From: Octopus sinensis
Taxonomy: Eukaryota
DNA length: 6,638 bases
Reading direction: 5' to 3'
Assembly: GCF_006345805.1 (NCBI RefSeq)
Contig: NW_021829266.1
Coordinates: 1-6,638 of the forward strand
The position numbers and the translations under genes are program-made. The stretch's first letter is position 1, and every line of letters begins with the position of its first letter. Below the pieces are notes generated by a model. It was not told the origin of the DNA. It saw only the letters and a program-made list of their open reading frames with translations, and made no database searches. Shown here piece after piece: positions 6,440-6,638 of this stretch.

Positions 6440-6638
6440 ATACATCTATCTCTATAGCTGTAACTATAGATAATTACATACATACATTTATACATATACA
6501 CATATATACGTATGTACATATATATATGTATATATATATGTACATATATGTACATATATATATATGTACATATATATACATATATATATATATGTACATA
6601 TATATGTACGTATATATGTACATATATATATGTACATA
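6440..6638. repeat. (TA)n array punctuated by TGTACA
   Basis: Repeated TATATATGTACA-like units from about 6510 to the window end. Confidence 0.95.

Overview
Eukaryotic, AT-rich, almost entirely repetitive non-coding DNA. It is most likely cephalopod (Octopus-like), judged from remembered SINE families rather than a database search. No protein-coding gene is supported; the supplied ORFs are microsatellite or repeat read-throughs. The window holds about nine pieces of tRNA-derived SINEs from four apparent families: family A (six pieces, one full length), a family B head-to-tail triplet, family C (CORE-like) and family D. Dense (TA)/(TG)/(CA)/(TATG)/(GA) microsatellites separate them. Best second-look items: (1) three plus-strand motifs with minimal type I hammerhead-ribozyme architecture of the kind carried by Penelope-like retroelements (5846-5916 clearest, also 3500-3538 and 2026-2072), each with at least one core deviation; (2) the SINE triplet, whose junctions are 6-bp inverted repeats; (3) a hairpin module shared between SINE families with a compensatory change; (4) a candidate 24-nt microexon at 1154-1177.
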